Of a stretch of 64,000 nucleotides of DNA, positions 40,533-57,016 are shown in pieces. The stretch lies in NCBI RefSeq assembly GCF_009914755.1, contig NC_060927.1. One strand, written 5' to 3'. How positions within the stretch are numbered: the first letter of the stretch is position 1; each line of letters begins with the position of its first letter. Source of the stretch: the human T2T-CHM13v2.0 reference genome, Homo sapiens. The position numbers and the translations under genes are program-made. The notes beneath the pieces are model-generated. The model searched no databases and was not told the DNA's origin. It worked only from the letters and a program-made list of their open reading frames with translations.

Positions 40533-43190
40533 CAGCTGATCTTTGAACAACATGGATTTAAACTCTGTGTGTCCATTTATATATGGATCTTTTTCCAATA
40601 AATATATTAGAAAAAAATTGGAGATTTGTAAACAATTAGAAAAAACAATTAGAAAAAAGTATACAACCTGGAAATACTGAAAAAATTTAGAAAATATATG
40701 TCATGAATATATAAAATATATGTGGATACTCATTCATTACCATAAAAAATATAAATACATTTATTATAAAACATTAAAATTTATCAAAATTTATGCACAC
40801 ACCTACAGATTGCATATAATACTATTCACAGTTGACAGAAATGTAAACAAGCATAAAGAGGTAATATTAAATTATAACTGTATAAAGTTAAGTGTAGCAC
40901 ATACAGTACTACTGTAATAATTTTGTAGCCATCTCTTGTATGAGCTCAAGTGTTGCAAACTGCTTAAAATGCCATGTGACACCAATCATTTCCATGTAAG
41001 CAACTGTTTCTCCAGCAAATTGTGTATCACAGTAAAAAGTGATCTCTCATGGTTCTTGCATATTTGATTAGAGCAATACCATAAAACTTGAATAACATCA
41101 TGGGACCTATACAAAGTACACTAGTGATGCTGAAAGTGCTCCCAAGAAGCAGAGAAAAGTTGTAACGTTACAAGAAAAAGTTGAATTGCTTGATATGTGT
41201 ACCATAAATTGAGATCTGCAACTGTGGTTGACCACCATTTCGAGATAAATGAATATAGCATAAGAACTACTTCAAAAAAGAAGAAAAGGTAATTCATGAA
41301 GGTGTTACTGCAGCTATGCCAGCAGATGTGAAAACCTTGCATGTTTTGTGAAATATCTTTTTATCTCATATTGAAAATGCAGCTTTTGCTTTTTGCGGGT
41401 GCAGGGTTTCTATAAGAAAGGTATATGTATACATTTTAATATGATTCAAGATAAAGCAAAGTCATCATATGACAACTTAAAAGGGAGGTAAAGAATCTAA
41501 AGCTGGAGAATTTGATGCCAACAAAGGATGGCTTCATAATTTTAGAAGAGGTTCAGTTTTAAAAATGTCAAGATAACAGGAAAAGCTGCTTCTGCCCACC
41601 AAGAATCAGCTGACCAGTTCTCAGATGTCATGAAAGAAATAATCGTGGAGAAGGGACATCTGCCTGAACTGATTTTTAATGCAGATGAAAGTGCCATATT
41701 TCAGAACACAAAACAAAACAAAACATGCCACATGGGTCATTTATCAGTGAGGAAGAGAAGTGAGCACCAGGATTTAAGGCAGAAAGAGATAGGCTAACTC
41801 TACTATTTTGTGCAAATGCAGTCAGGTTTGTGATCAGGACTGGCGTTATCTATAAAACTTCTGACTCTGAGTCTTGAATGGAAAAGATGAATACCAGTTG
41901 CCAGGCTTTTGGTTGTACAAGAAGAAGGCCTGGCCAGTGAGAACACTTTTCTGGATTGATTTCCCTGATACTTTGTTCCTGCAGTCAGGAAGTGACTTGC
42001 CAGGAAGGGGCTGCCTTTTACATTTTTTGATATTGAACAATGCCTCTGGCCATCCAGAACGCGAGGAGTTCAACACCAAAGTCACTGAAGTGGCCTACTT
42101 GCCCCCAAACACGACATTTCTAATTCAGTCTCTAGATCAGGAGATCATAAGGAACTTTAAGGCTCATTACACACAGTACCCTATGGAAAGATTTGTCAAT
42201 GCTTTGAAAGAGAGTACTGATAGATAGAACATTATGTAAGTCTGGAAGTGTTACACCATTGAAGATGCCATCATTATTATAGAAAAACCTGTGAAGACCT
42301 TCAGATCTAAAACAATAAATTCCTGCTGGAGAAACTGCCCTGATGTTGTGCAAAACTTCATAGGACTTAGGACAGCCATTCAAGAAAATCATGAAAGAGT
42401 TCGTGGATATGGCAAAAAAAGGGTGAGGGGTGAAGAGTTTCAAGACATACAATCTTCCAAGAAATTCAAGAGCTAATAACAGACGACTTAACAGGAGACA
42501 ACTTGATAAAGATGAGTGCCTGCTAACGAGTGCCAGGAGATCAGAAAGAAGTACAAGAAGCAATGCCAGGAAACAAATTGACATTAGACAATCTGGCAGA
42601 AGGGCTATGATTATTCAAGACTGTTTTTTATTTCTTATATGATATGGACCCTTCTATAATATGGGCACTGAAACTAAAGCAAATGATGGAAGAATTGGCA
42701 CTATATAGAAACATTTTAGAGAAATGAAACACAAAAAGTCAGACAGAAATTATGATGTATTTCTGCAAAGTTCCAACCAAATGTGCCTGCCTCTCCTGCC
42801 TCCCCTTCCACCTCCTCTACATCTTTTGCCTCTGCCAGCACTGAGTCAGCAAGACCAACCCCTCTACTTCCTCTTCCTTCTAACCCTTCTTAAGGTGAAG
42901 ATAATGAGAATGAAGATCTTTATGTTAATCTACTTCCAATTAATAAATAGTAAATATATCTTCTTTCTTATAATTTTCTTAGTAACATTTTCCTAGCTTA
43001 CTTTATTGTGAGAATACAGTATATAATGCATATACAAAATATGCATTAATTGGCTGTTATGTTATCAATAAGGTGTCCAGTCAACAGTAGTCTATTAGTA
43101 GTTTAATTTGGGGGCACTCAAAAGCTATATGTGGATTTTCAGCTATGGGGAGGGGTTGATAGCCCTAACCCCATGATCAAGGTTCTACTG
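40533..43190 (+). mobile_element. Near full-length Tigger2 (TcMar/pogo DNA transposon)
   Basis: TA|cagctgatctttgaacaaca ... tcaaggttctactg|TA: both TIRs present with TA duplication; 2.66 kb. Confidence 0.9.
41100..42900 (+). pseudogene. Tigger2 transposase pseudogene
   Basis: ORF 41874-42227 carries pogo motifs LILNNASGHP and YLPPNTTFLIQSLDQ; many stops and frameshifts. Confidence 0.85.
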
Positions 43191-43414
43191 TACTCTAGTG
43201 ATAATTCAGAAGAGTTGCCCCCTATTTATCATTTTCTCTACCATCTTTTTAAAAAATATTTTTTCTTCTTATTTTTCTGTGTATCTCTTTACAATGTCTT
43301 TCACTTTTCCACCCATGATTCTTTCACGCTGTACTCCTGATCTTCCCCAAATACTCAACTTCTCTTCTTAACTAGACCCATATAAACAACACATTAATAG
43401 ACATAATAGTCAAT

Positions 43415-43640
43415 AGCTACCAGTTATTAAGTGCTTTTTATATGCCATAGTCCTAATAATTTTGCATTAATTTATTCATTTTATTCTTATAATATTTCTA
43501 TAAAAAAGGCATTATTATTATCTCCATTTTACTGATAAGGAAACAGAAGCATAGGAAGTTTAAGTAGTTTATCCAAGGTCACACAGCTAGTGAGTGACAG
43601 AGCCAGGCTTTCTGCCTCTATAACCCTTACTTTTATCCTT
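43415..43640 (-). mobile_element. MIR SINE
   Basis: ctccattttactgataaggaaacagaagc...ccaaggtcacacagctagtgagtgacagagccagg. Confidence 0.8.
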
Positions 43641-44325
43641 GACATCATTTTGCATACTTGTTGTCATATATGTTGTACCCTCACTGTAATGACATTGTAT
43701 GTTCTTTGTTTATAAATTTAAAAGTAGATGACTAGAGAAATAGTCACATTAGGCTACTAAAAACTCATGTCCAGTTTCAGTCCATTTTTAAAAAACACAA
43801 ATACATATATAATTTTTATGTCTTATAAATATTTTATGCAAATTCATTATTATTTTTCTATAATTATATTATATAGTAAATAAATCCTGGCCCTCAGACT
43901 TGAGTTTAATTATAAACATATACTTTTGACCTGTGTTTTAAAGGATCAAATGTTATGGTAGCAAATTAGCACATGAAGTTTGTTGGAAAAGTAAAATATA
44001 CTCAATCAAATACTTGGCTTTGGGTTTGTGCCTTGGACCCCGTGACTGAATAAATGGATAGTTGTGGGTTGAGAATGGAAAGAGGCTGATCCACACTGTT
44101 TTTATCACTCTTTATCTTGTACTTGTACCTCTACTTTCTAAGTATTTGTAATAAATTTAATATATTATATTGAAAAAGGCAGATTAATTTACTGCCTTAG
44201 TATCACAGAAAGGCACTGTCCTTCACAGTATCACAGTAGGTAAGGTAGCAGGGTGCAATGAATAAAATCTGTATCTTTACATTTTTTAAATTTAATTTTT
44301 GTGGGTACATAGTAGGTGTATATAC

Positions 44326-46887
<2,562 letters not shown>

Positions 46888-47191
46888 GCTTATGGAGTAC
46901 ATGAGGTATTTTGATACAGGCATGCAATGAATAATTAGCACATCAGGGTAAATGAGGTATCCATCATCTCAGGCATTTATACTTTATGCTACAGACAATC
47001 CAAGTATGTTCTTTTAGTTATTTTTCAATGTACAATAAATTATTGTTGACTGTAGTCACTCTGTTGTACTGTCAAATACTAGATCCTATTCATTCTATCT
47101 GTCTATCCATATTTTCATACCCATTAACTATCCCTTTTTCTTCCCTGCGTACTACCCTTTTCAGCCTCTGGTAACCACCCCAAAAGCAAAA

Positions 47192-47230
47192 TACTACTAC
47201 TACTACTACTAATAATAATAATAATAATAA
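47192..47230. repeat. (TAC)n(TAA)n trinucleotide repeat
   Basis: Read directly. Confidence 0.9.
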
Positions 47231-47389
47231 ATTTTATAGGAATGTACAATAAACATTTAATCATTTTTCTTGTGTTGCAAATGTTTGTTTTTTCTTCTTT
47301 TGGTACAATTATAAATAGAGTTGTAATAAACATAATCAGTAAGTAAATAAAAGGGAAAAAAACCGCATCTTCATCCCACTAGGCTGGGA

Positions 47390-47692
47390 TTTGTTTATTA
47401 ATTTTTTTATTTTTAGTGACAGAATCTGTCACTCAGACTAGAGTGCAGTGTTGCAACCATAGCTCGCTCTAACCTTGAACTCCTGAGCATAAGTGATCCT
47501 CTTCCCTCAGCCTCCTGACTGGCTAGGACTGCAGGTGTGCATCACTGTGCCTGTCTATTTTTTTTAATTTTTTGTAGAAACAGTGCCTTGATATGATGCC
47601 CAGGTTGATTTTGAACTCTTGGCCTCAAGTGATCCTCCTGTCTTGGCATCCCAAAGTGCTGGGATAACAGGCACATGCCACCATGTCCAGCT
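47390..47692 (-). mobile_element. AluJ
   Basis: accatagctcgctctaaccttgaactcctgag...ggcctcaagtgatcctcc. Confidence 0.88.
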
Positions 47693-48399
47693 TAGACCTG
47701 GAATTAAATTATCACCTTCCCTTTTACAAATCATGCATATTGGACCAAGTCTTATCAATAATTTTGTCTTTGTTTCCACATCCACGTGTGAATCAAAACT
47801 TCTGATGATATCTTGTATAAATAGCTTTGAAAAGTATAAGTGCTAAATGTGCAATATAAAATTTAGTTTTATCTTCAAACATAGAATAGCAATTTACTTA
47901 CTGATTTCTCTTTCACAAAATTTGAGGACACTAAATTTAATTTTCTTGAATTTAATTTTTATTCATCATTATATTATTAGGCAACTATCTTGGGTGAAAC
48001 CATTATTCTCAATAGAAGTAATAGGAAAAACCTCTATAGCTGTCCAAATGCCTCCAATTGCCTTGGTGGCTAAGTTTTTTCTTTGGGCCAGAGGAAATTC
48101 TTTACTAAAATATGAAGTCAGCAGATTTCAGTAATATATTGTGAATCCAAAAAAAAAAGATTGGATTAGAAGGGTTTAAGACAATTTTAATTACATGGAG
48201 TGGGGACGCCTTCATAAACCCAAAGTCAAGGTTATGTTCCCCTTTGGTTTCCTCATTTCCTCTTCATCTGATAGAATCTTAATTTTAAGAAGATAAAATA
48301 AGCTCAGAGATATAAAACATCAGAAGCATCACATCTAGGGAGCCCCCTTCAGGATTGCAGAACTTGCAATCTTAGAAATCAATGGAATCCACAGAGCAA

Positions 48400-50490
48400 A
48401 ATATTAAAATAAATAATAGAGGACAGTGAGCTTGCTCAAAACAGTATCAACTTACACAAATTAATAATCTGCTGGAAAATGCAATTTTTCAAAGGTGGCA
48501 TGTAATTAAAAAGAACTTCTCAAATGGTAATAAAATTACAAACTTTTTATGAATAAATATTACTGAAAGATATTCAAGGTGCTTATGGATAAAATCTAAT
48601 TCAATAGAAATAGATAAAATAATACAACAATGACATATCTACATAATGTTCACGGAGGGATAGGAAAACACTCTATACAAATATGTTAATTCTTTTAAAA
48701 TTAATTTATAAACAATAAATCACAAATCAGAATACTGATGAGATTTATATGGAAAGGGAAAAAGTCAATATGAGCTAAGAAAACTTTGAGTAATGCATAT
48801 AATGTGGGGAGGTTTTACTTATGTAAATATCAATATTTATTGAAAATTTAAGTAATAAAATTGGGTGCTCTTCATACAAATATAGAAAATAAACAATGAA
48901 AGATAATAGATAATAAAAAACATCTATATATGCTACATATGTGTGTATAACATATAGATGTAATGGCATATGACAGGAATGGCATTTAAAATCAAGCAGA
49001 AAAGGATATATCAGTTTGGAAATAATTTTAAATAGCTACATGTATGAAAAGAATTAGATGTATAACTTACCCCCAGGCCCACACAAAGACACACAATTCC
49101 AGACGGATTAAGCAGCCACATATTATAAACAAAAATTTAAGCATTTAAAAGGAAATAAAAATATACTTATTAGTTAGTTGTTCCAGGAAAGTTTTCTTAC
49201 CCTAGACTTAAAACCACTAATAACAGTATGATAAAACGTCGATGTTTGAATTAATCAAAATCAATAACTTTACATAACAAAGCACTCCATAGAAAAACTT
49301 GGAAAGAAGTTCAGACTGGAAGTTATTTTCATCAGTATCTCCAATAGCTTTTTTTATAATTCCAGGAAATAAACTAGAGAAAGAAAAATAATCCAATGTA
49401 AAGTTGAGTGAAGATAGAAGCAAACAGATCTCTGATGTGGCTGTTTAAAAAGCTGTATTTTTGCATAAGAAGTTGTCCCAAAACAAATTGCTTAAAATCA
49501 TAAGCAATTATTTATTAAGTCAATCTTTTCCTTGGTCTGGAATTTGTAAGGGTCTTAGCTGAGTGGTTCTGGCTCAGTGTCTTTCATGAGGTTTCAGGCA
49601 AGACACCAACCAGGCCTAGAGTCGTCTGAACTTTGACCAGGAATGGAAGATCTACTTCCAAGATGGCTCATCCATGTGGCTATTGGAAGAAAGCCTCAGT
49701 TTCTTGCTAGTTCTTGGCAAGAGGTGTCCATTGTTTGCTGTTTACTGTCAAAAAGTCTCAGTTTTTATCCACATAGACTTCACATGCTGCTTGAGTGTAC
49801 TCAGTATGTGGCAGCTGCTTCTGTCCCCCTTTCCTTGCCACCGGGGGAATCAAGATAGCACACAAGCAGGAAACCACAGTGACAGATAGGACCTATTCTA
49901 TGAAGGAGCAGAACTTCCTCTATTTTTCTATTAATAAAGAGTGAGTCACAAAATCTAGCACACCCTCAAGGGGAGAAAAATTATTCTCTATCTTTTAAAA
50001 GGTGTGCAAAAAACTTTGTAGACACATTTTAAACCCACTCTGATAAAGATGCCATAAAGCCCAATAGACTTAATGAAATATGCACCACCTTATGCAGAGA
50101 TATCTCTGCATTTTTTGATTAATAGTAATCAAAAAATAAAAATTAGTGACACAAGAAAATACCACTTCATATTTACCAGGTTAGCAAAAGTTTAAATCTC
50201 CGAAAACAGTAATTGATGAGAGGAGTGCAGAATATCTTACTATTGTAGAGATACAAATTTTAGACAACAAGCAACATGCTTTATGACCAAGTGATTGCTG
50301 TTCTAGATATATACCTAAAAGATTCTAGCATAAATAATCAAAAGTAATAGGTGTAAGAATGCTTATTGTGGCATTGTTTATAATAGCAAAAATGAAATAA
50401 TCTAAATGGCCAATAATAGAACAAATAAATTAATACTAATATATCTACATATGTTATTATAATACGAGTATAAGAATCAATGAGTCAGCT
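48400..50490 (+). mobile_element. Very old L1ME/L1M5 ORF2 fragments
   Basis: Degraded A-rich ORF2 motifs, e.g. gcttattgtggcattgtttataatagcaaaa. Confidence 0.5.
49455..50040 (-). mobile_element. MLT1G/H-like LTR
   Basis: cttagctgagtggttctggctcagtgtctttcatgagg...cttccaagatggctca. Confidence 0.7.
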
Positions 50491-51251
50491 TATTTTTATC
50501 ATTTTTTTTCTTTTTCAGCTTTTATTTGAGGTTCAGGGGGTGCATGTGCAGGTGTGTTACATGGGTAAATTGCGTGTTGCTGGGGTTCGGAGTATAAATG
50601 ATTTCATTACGCAGGTGTTGAGCATAATATTCAGTAGATATTTTTAACCCTTGCCCTCATTCCACCACCCACCATCAGGTAGGTGCTGTGTCTGTTGTTG
50701 TCCTGTTTATGTACATGTGTACTCAATATATAGCTCCCACTTGTAAGTGAGGACATCTGATATTTGGTTTTCTGTTTCTGCATTAACTCAGGATCATTTT
50801 GTCCATGTCCATCCATGTTGCTGCAAAGGACATGATTTCATTTTTTAAGGCTGCATACTATTCCATAGTGTATATGTAGTACATTTTCTTTATGCATTCC
50901 ACCAATGATGATAATCTAGATTGATACCATGCATTTGCAAATGCAAATAGGGCTACAATGAACATACACATGCATGTGTCTTTTTGGTTGAACATTCTAT
51001 ATACCTTTGAGTATATACCCAGTAATGGGATTGGTGGGTGAAATGGTAGTTATGTTTTAAGTTCTTTGAGTAATCTCCAAACTGCTTTCCACAGTGGTTG
51101 AACTAATTTATAATTCTGCCAGCAATGTATAAATGTTCCCTTTTCTCTGCAACCTTGACAACATTTGTTATTTTCTGACTTTTAATACTAACCATTCTGA
51201 CTTGTGTGAGGTGATATTTTGTTGTGGTTTTGATTTGCATTTCTCTAATGA

Positions 51252-51563
<312 letters not shown>

Positions 51564-51850
51564 CATTTTTTTATATGATGTTGTCCCTGCATATGTCTTT
51601 CTTTGAGAAGTGTCTGTTTATGTCCCTTGCCCATTTTTTAATGGGGTGGTTTGTTTTGTTGCTTGTTGATTTAAGTTCCTTATAAATTATGGATGTTAGA
51701 CCTTGCTGGATGCACAGCTGCAAATATTTTCTCTAATTCTGTAGGTTGTCTGTTTACTCTGTTGATAGTTTCTTTGGCCATGCAAAGCCTGTTAGTTTAA
51801 TTAGAGCTCAGTTGTCAATTTTTATTTTTGTTGAAATTGCTTCTGGAGAC

Positions 51851-52923
51851 TGTTGTGGGAAGTCAGGGACCCCAAATGGAGGGATCAGCTGAAGCCATGG
51901 CAGAAGAATGTGGATTGTGAAGATTTCATGGACATTTATTAGTTCCCCAAATTAATACTTTCATAATTTCTTATGCCTGTCTTTGCTGCAATCTCTAAAC
52001 ATAAATTGTAAAGATTTCATGGACACTTATCAGTACCCCAATCAAAACCCTTGTGATTTCCTATGCCTGTCTTTAATCTCTTAATCCTGTCAGCTGAGGA
52101 GGATGTATATCATCTCAGGACCCTGTAATAATTGCATTAACTGCACAAATTGTACAGCATGTGTGTTTGAGCAATATGAAATCTGGGCACCTTGAAAAAA
52201 GAACAGGATAACAGCAATGTTTAGGAAACAAGAGAGGTAACCTTAAACTCTGACTGCCGGTGAGCCGGGCAGAACAGAGCCATATTTCTTTTCTTTCAAA
52301 AGCAAATGGGAGAAATATTGCTGAATTCTTTTTCTCAGCAAGGAACATCCCTGAGAAAGAGAATGCGCACCTGGGGGTGGGTCTCTGAACTGGCCCCCCT
52401 GGGCGTGGTCGCGTCTTATGGTTGAGGCTGCAGGGGTGAAATAGACCCCAGTCTCCCATAGTGCTCCCAGGCTTGTTAGGAAGGGGAAATTCCCGCCTAG
52501 TAAATTTTGGTCAGACCGGTTGATCTCAAAAACCCTGTCTCCTGGTAAGATGTTATCAATGACAATGGTGCCCGAAACTTCATTAGAAATTTTAATTTCG
52601 CCTCGGTCCTGTGGTCCTGTGGTCCTGTGATCTCGCCCTGCCTCCACTTGCCTTGTGATATTCTATTACCTTGTAAAGTACTTGATGTCTGTGACCCACA
52701 CCTATTCGCACACTCCCTCCCCTTTTGAAACTCCCTAATAAAAACTTGCTGGTTTTTGCGGCTTGTGGAGCATCACGGAACCTACCGACATCTGATGTCT
52801 CCCCTGGACACCCAGCTTTAGAATTTCTCTCTTTTGTACTATGTCCCTTTATTTCTCAAGCTGGCAAATGCTTAAGGAAAATAGAAAAGAACCTACGTGA
52901 ATATCGGGGCAGGTTCCCTGATA
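51851..52923 (+). mobile_element. MER11 (B/C-like) solo LTR, HERV-K11/HML-8
   Basis: tgttgtgggaagtcagggacccc...gaagccatggcagaagaa; AATAAA near 52737; AGAC repeated at both flanks. Confidence 0.9.
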
Positions 52924-52955
52924 AGACTTCATCATGAAATTTTTGCCAAGGCCTA

Positions 52956-55391
52956 TGATATGGTTTGGCTCTGTTCCCCCACCCAAATCTCATGTTGAAT
53001 TGTAATTCCCAATGTTGGGGGAGGAACCTGGTGGGAGGTAATTGGATCATAGGGGAAGATTCCCCCTTTGCTGTTCTCGTGATAATGAGTGAGTTCTCAT
53101 GAGATCTGATGGCTTAAAAGTGTGTGGCACTTCCCCCTTCTCTCTGTTTCTCTCCTCCTCCACCATGGTAAGATGTGCTTGCTTCCCCTTTGCCCTCCAC
53201 CATGATTGCAAGTTTCCTGATGCCTCTCAGCCATGCCTCCTGTACAGCCTCCAGAACTGTGAGTAAATTAAACCTTTTGCTCCATAAATAATCCAATCTC
53301 AAGTATGTCTCTATAGCAGTGTGAGAATGGACTAATACAGTAAATTGGTACCAGAGAAGTGGGGCATTGTTATAAAGCTACCTAAAAATGTGAAAGCAGT
53401 TTTGGAACGGGATAATGGGCAGAGATGGAACAGTTTGGAGGGCTCAGAAAAAGACAGCAAGGTAAGGGAAAGTTTGGAACTTCCAAGAGACTTACTGGAT
53501 GGTTTTGACCAAAATGCTGATAGTGATATGGACAATGAAGGCCAGTCTGAGGGGCTCTCGGATGGAGATAGGGAACTTATTGAGAATTGGAGTAAAGGTC
53601 ATTTTTGCTGTGCTTTAGAAAAGAGACTGGCAGCATTGTTCCCCTGCTCTAGGGATCTGTGGAACCTTGAACTTGAGAGAGATGATTTAGAATACCTGGA
53701 GGAAAAAATTTCTAAGCAGCAAAGCATTCAAGATGTGGCCTGGCTGCTTCTAAATGCCTATGCTCATTTGCATAAACAAATAAATGACCTGAAACTGAAA
53801 CTTATAATTAAAAGAAAAGCAGACCATAAAAGTTTGAAAAATTTTCAGCCCAACCATGTGGTAGGAAAAACAAACAAACAAACAACAACAACAACAACAA
53901 TAACAAAAAGACGTTTTTTCTGGGGAAGAATTCAGGAAGGCTGCAGAAATCTGCATAAGTAAATAGGAGTCCAACATTAATAGCCCAGACAATGGGGAAA
54001 ATGCCTCTAAGAAATTTCAGAGACCTTCATGGCAGCCCCTCCCATGATAGGCCTGGAGGTCTAGGAGGGAAAAATGGTTTCATCCACTAAGCCCAGGGCC
54101 CTGCTTCTCTATGCAGCCTTGGGACATGGCATTCTATAACCTGGTCACTTCAGCTCCAGCTGTGGCTAACGAGGCCAATGTACAGCTCAGGGAATTGCTT
54201 CAGAGGATGCAAGCCCCAAACCTTGGCAGCTTCCACACTGTGTTGGGCCTGCAGGTGCACAGAAGGCAAGAGTTGAGGTTTGGGAACCTCTGCCTAGATT
54301 TTAGAGGATATATGGAAATGCCAGGATGTTCAGGCAGAAGTCTGCTACAGGGACAGAGCCCTTATGGAAAACCTCTACTAGGACAGTGTGGAGGGAAAAT
54401 GTAGGGCTGCAACCCCCACCCCCACAGAGTCCCCACTGAGGAATTACTTAGTGGAGCTGTGAGAAGAGGGCCACCATCCTGCAGACCCCAGAATGGTAGA
54501 TCCACTGACAGTTTGCATTGTGTGCCTGGAAAAGCTGCAGGCGCTCAAAACAAGCATGTGAAAGCAGCCATCAGGGGTGTACTCTACAGAGCCACAGAGG
54601 CAGATCTTCCCAAGGCCTTGGGAGCCCACCCTTTGCATCAGCATGCCCTGGATGTGAGATGTGATACATGGAGACAAAGGAGATTATTTTGGAGCTTTAA
54701 GTTTTAATGACTGGCCTGCTAGGTTTTGGACTTGCATGGGCCTGTAGTCCCTTTGCTTTGGCCAGTTTACCCATTTGGAATGAGAGCATTTACCCAATGC
54801 CTGTACCACCAGTGTATCTTGGAAGTAACTAACTTGGTTTTTTTAATAGGCTCATAGGTAGAAGAGACTTGCTTTGTCTCGGATGAGACTTTGGAGTTGG
54901 ACATTTGAGTTAATGCTGGAATGAGTTAAGACTTTGGGACTGTTAAGAAGGCATGATTGTGTTTTGAAATGTGAGAAGTACATGAGGTTTGGAGGGAGCC
55001 AGGGGTGGAATGATATAGTTTGGCTCTGTGTTCCCACCCAAATATCATATTGAATTATAATTCCCAATGTTGGGGGAGAGACCTGGTGGGGATAATTGGA
55101 TCATAAGAGTGGATTTCCCCCTTGCTGTTCTCATGACAGTGAGTGAATTCTCACAAGATCTGATGGTTTAAAAGTGTATGGCACTTCCCCTTTCTTTCTC
55201 TTTCCTGCTCTGCCATGATAAGACATGTTTGTTTCCCCTCTGCCTTCCGCCATGATTGTAAGCTTCCTGATGCCTCCCAGCCATGTTTCCTATTAAGCCT
55301 GCAGAACCGTGAGTCAATTAAACCTCTTTTATCTACAGATTGCCCAGTCTCCAGGTATGTCTTTATAGCAGTGTGAGAATGTACTAATATG
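52956..55391 (+). mobile_element. Full-length MSTA/THE1D-like provirus; LTRs 52956-53339 and 55011-55391
   Basis: Two LTRs plus int; perfect TSD GCCTA (52951-55, 55392-96). Confidence 0.93.
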
Positions 55392-56535
55392 GCCTATATC
55401 CACAATGCATTCCTTAGGTTTTATTCTAGGGTTTTTGTAGTTTTAGGACTTACATTTAAGTCTTTAATCTATCCTGAGTTAATTTTTGTATTTGTCGTTA
55501 TAAAGGATTCCAGTTTCCATCTTCTGCATATGGCTATCTAGTTATTGCAGTACCATTTATTGAATGAGGAGTCCATTCCTATTGCTCATGTTTGCCAACT
55601 TTGTTGAAGATATTTTAGTTGTAGGTGTGCAGATTTTTTTCACAGGTCTCTATTCTGTCCCATTGGTCTCTGTGTCTATTTTTGTACCAGTACCATGCTT
55701 TTTTGATTACTGTAGCCTTCTAGTGTAGTTTGAAGTCAGGTATTGTGGTGCCTCCAGTTTTGAACTTTTTGCTTTGTATTGTTTTGGCTATTTAGACTCT
55801 TTTGTGGGGCCACATGAACATTAGAATAGTTTTTTTTTTTTCTAATTCCATGAAGAATGTTGTTGGTGGTTTCATAGAAATAACATTATATTTCTAAACA
55901 GCTTTGTATACTATGGCCATTTTAATAATATTGATTTTTTGCATCCATGAGCATGAAATATTTTTCATTTGTTAGTGTGATCTCTGATTTCTTTCAGCAG
56001 TGTTTTCTAATTCTCATTGAAGAGATATTGCAGCTTCCTGGTTAGTTGTATTCCTAGATATTTTATTCTTTTCACGGCTATTTTCAGTTGTGTCTCTGCC
56101 ATTTCTTGGTATCAGAATGATGCTGGCCTCATAGAATGAGTTAGGGCAGAGTCCCTCCTCCTCAATTATTTGGAATAATTTTAGTAACATTGGTATCAGC
56201 TCTTCTTTATACATCTGGTAGAAGTTTGCTGTGAGTTCATCTGGTCTAGGGCTTTTCCTTATTGGTAGGTTTTTTATTACTGATTCAATTTCAGAACTTG
56301 TTATGGTCTATTCAAGGTTTCAATTTCTTCCTGGTTCAATCTTGGGAGATTTTATGTTTGCAGGAATTTATGTATTCAAGATTTTCTAGTTTCTATGTGT
56401 AAAGGTGTTCATAATAGTTTCTGATGATTTTTTGTATGTTTGTGAGGCCAGTGGTAATGCCCTCTTTGTCATTTCTAATTGCATTTATTTGGATCTTGTC
56501 TCTTTTTTGTTTATTAATCTAGTTAATGGTACAGC

Positions 56536-57016
56536 TGATGTAGAGAGGCAAGCCCAAAAGTGTATCTTAGCCCACAAGGTTCTTGGCTTTGCCCAGGAAA
56601 GAATTCAAGGGCAAACCAGAGATTGAAGAAAACAGCTTTATTGAATAGGCAGTGTTACACCTGTGGCAGTGTTACAGCTCCTTGACTGCTCCTGCAGAGC
56701 AGGACTACTCCATAGGCAGAGAGTAACAGCTTTCAGGGAAGTTTTGCAGTCATATTTACACCTACCTTTAATTGCAAGCATATTAAGGTGTGGTTTATGC
56801 AGAAATTTCTAGGGAAGTGGCAGTAATCATTGGGTTATTGCCATGAAAAGGAGTGGAAACTCCCAGGTGTTGCCATGGCAGTGGTAAGTTGACATGATAC
56901 ACTGGTGGGTGTGTCTAGTTGAGAATGGTTTTCACCCCAGTCCATTTTTAGCTAGTCCTAAATCTGGTCTGGTGTCTGAGTCCTGCCTCTAGAGTCAAGT
57001 CCTGTTTTCTACCCCA
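56536..57016 (-). mobile_element. ERV1 (MER4-group, MER66-like) 3' LTR
   Basis: ggctttgcccaggaaagaattcaaggg; ...gctagtccta..ctggtctggtgtc; adjacent polypurine tract. Confidence 0.65.

Noticed and set aside
41100-42900. Domesticated TIGD/CENP-B-like gene
   Set aside because: Multiple disruptions, and still bounded by TIRs as an ordinary fossil.
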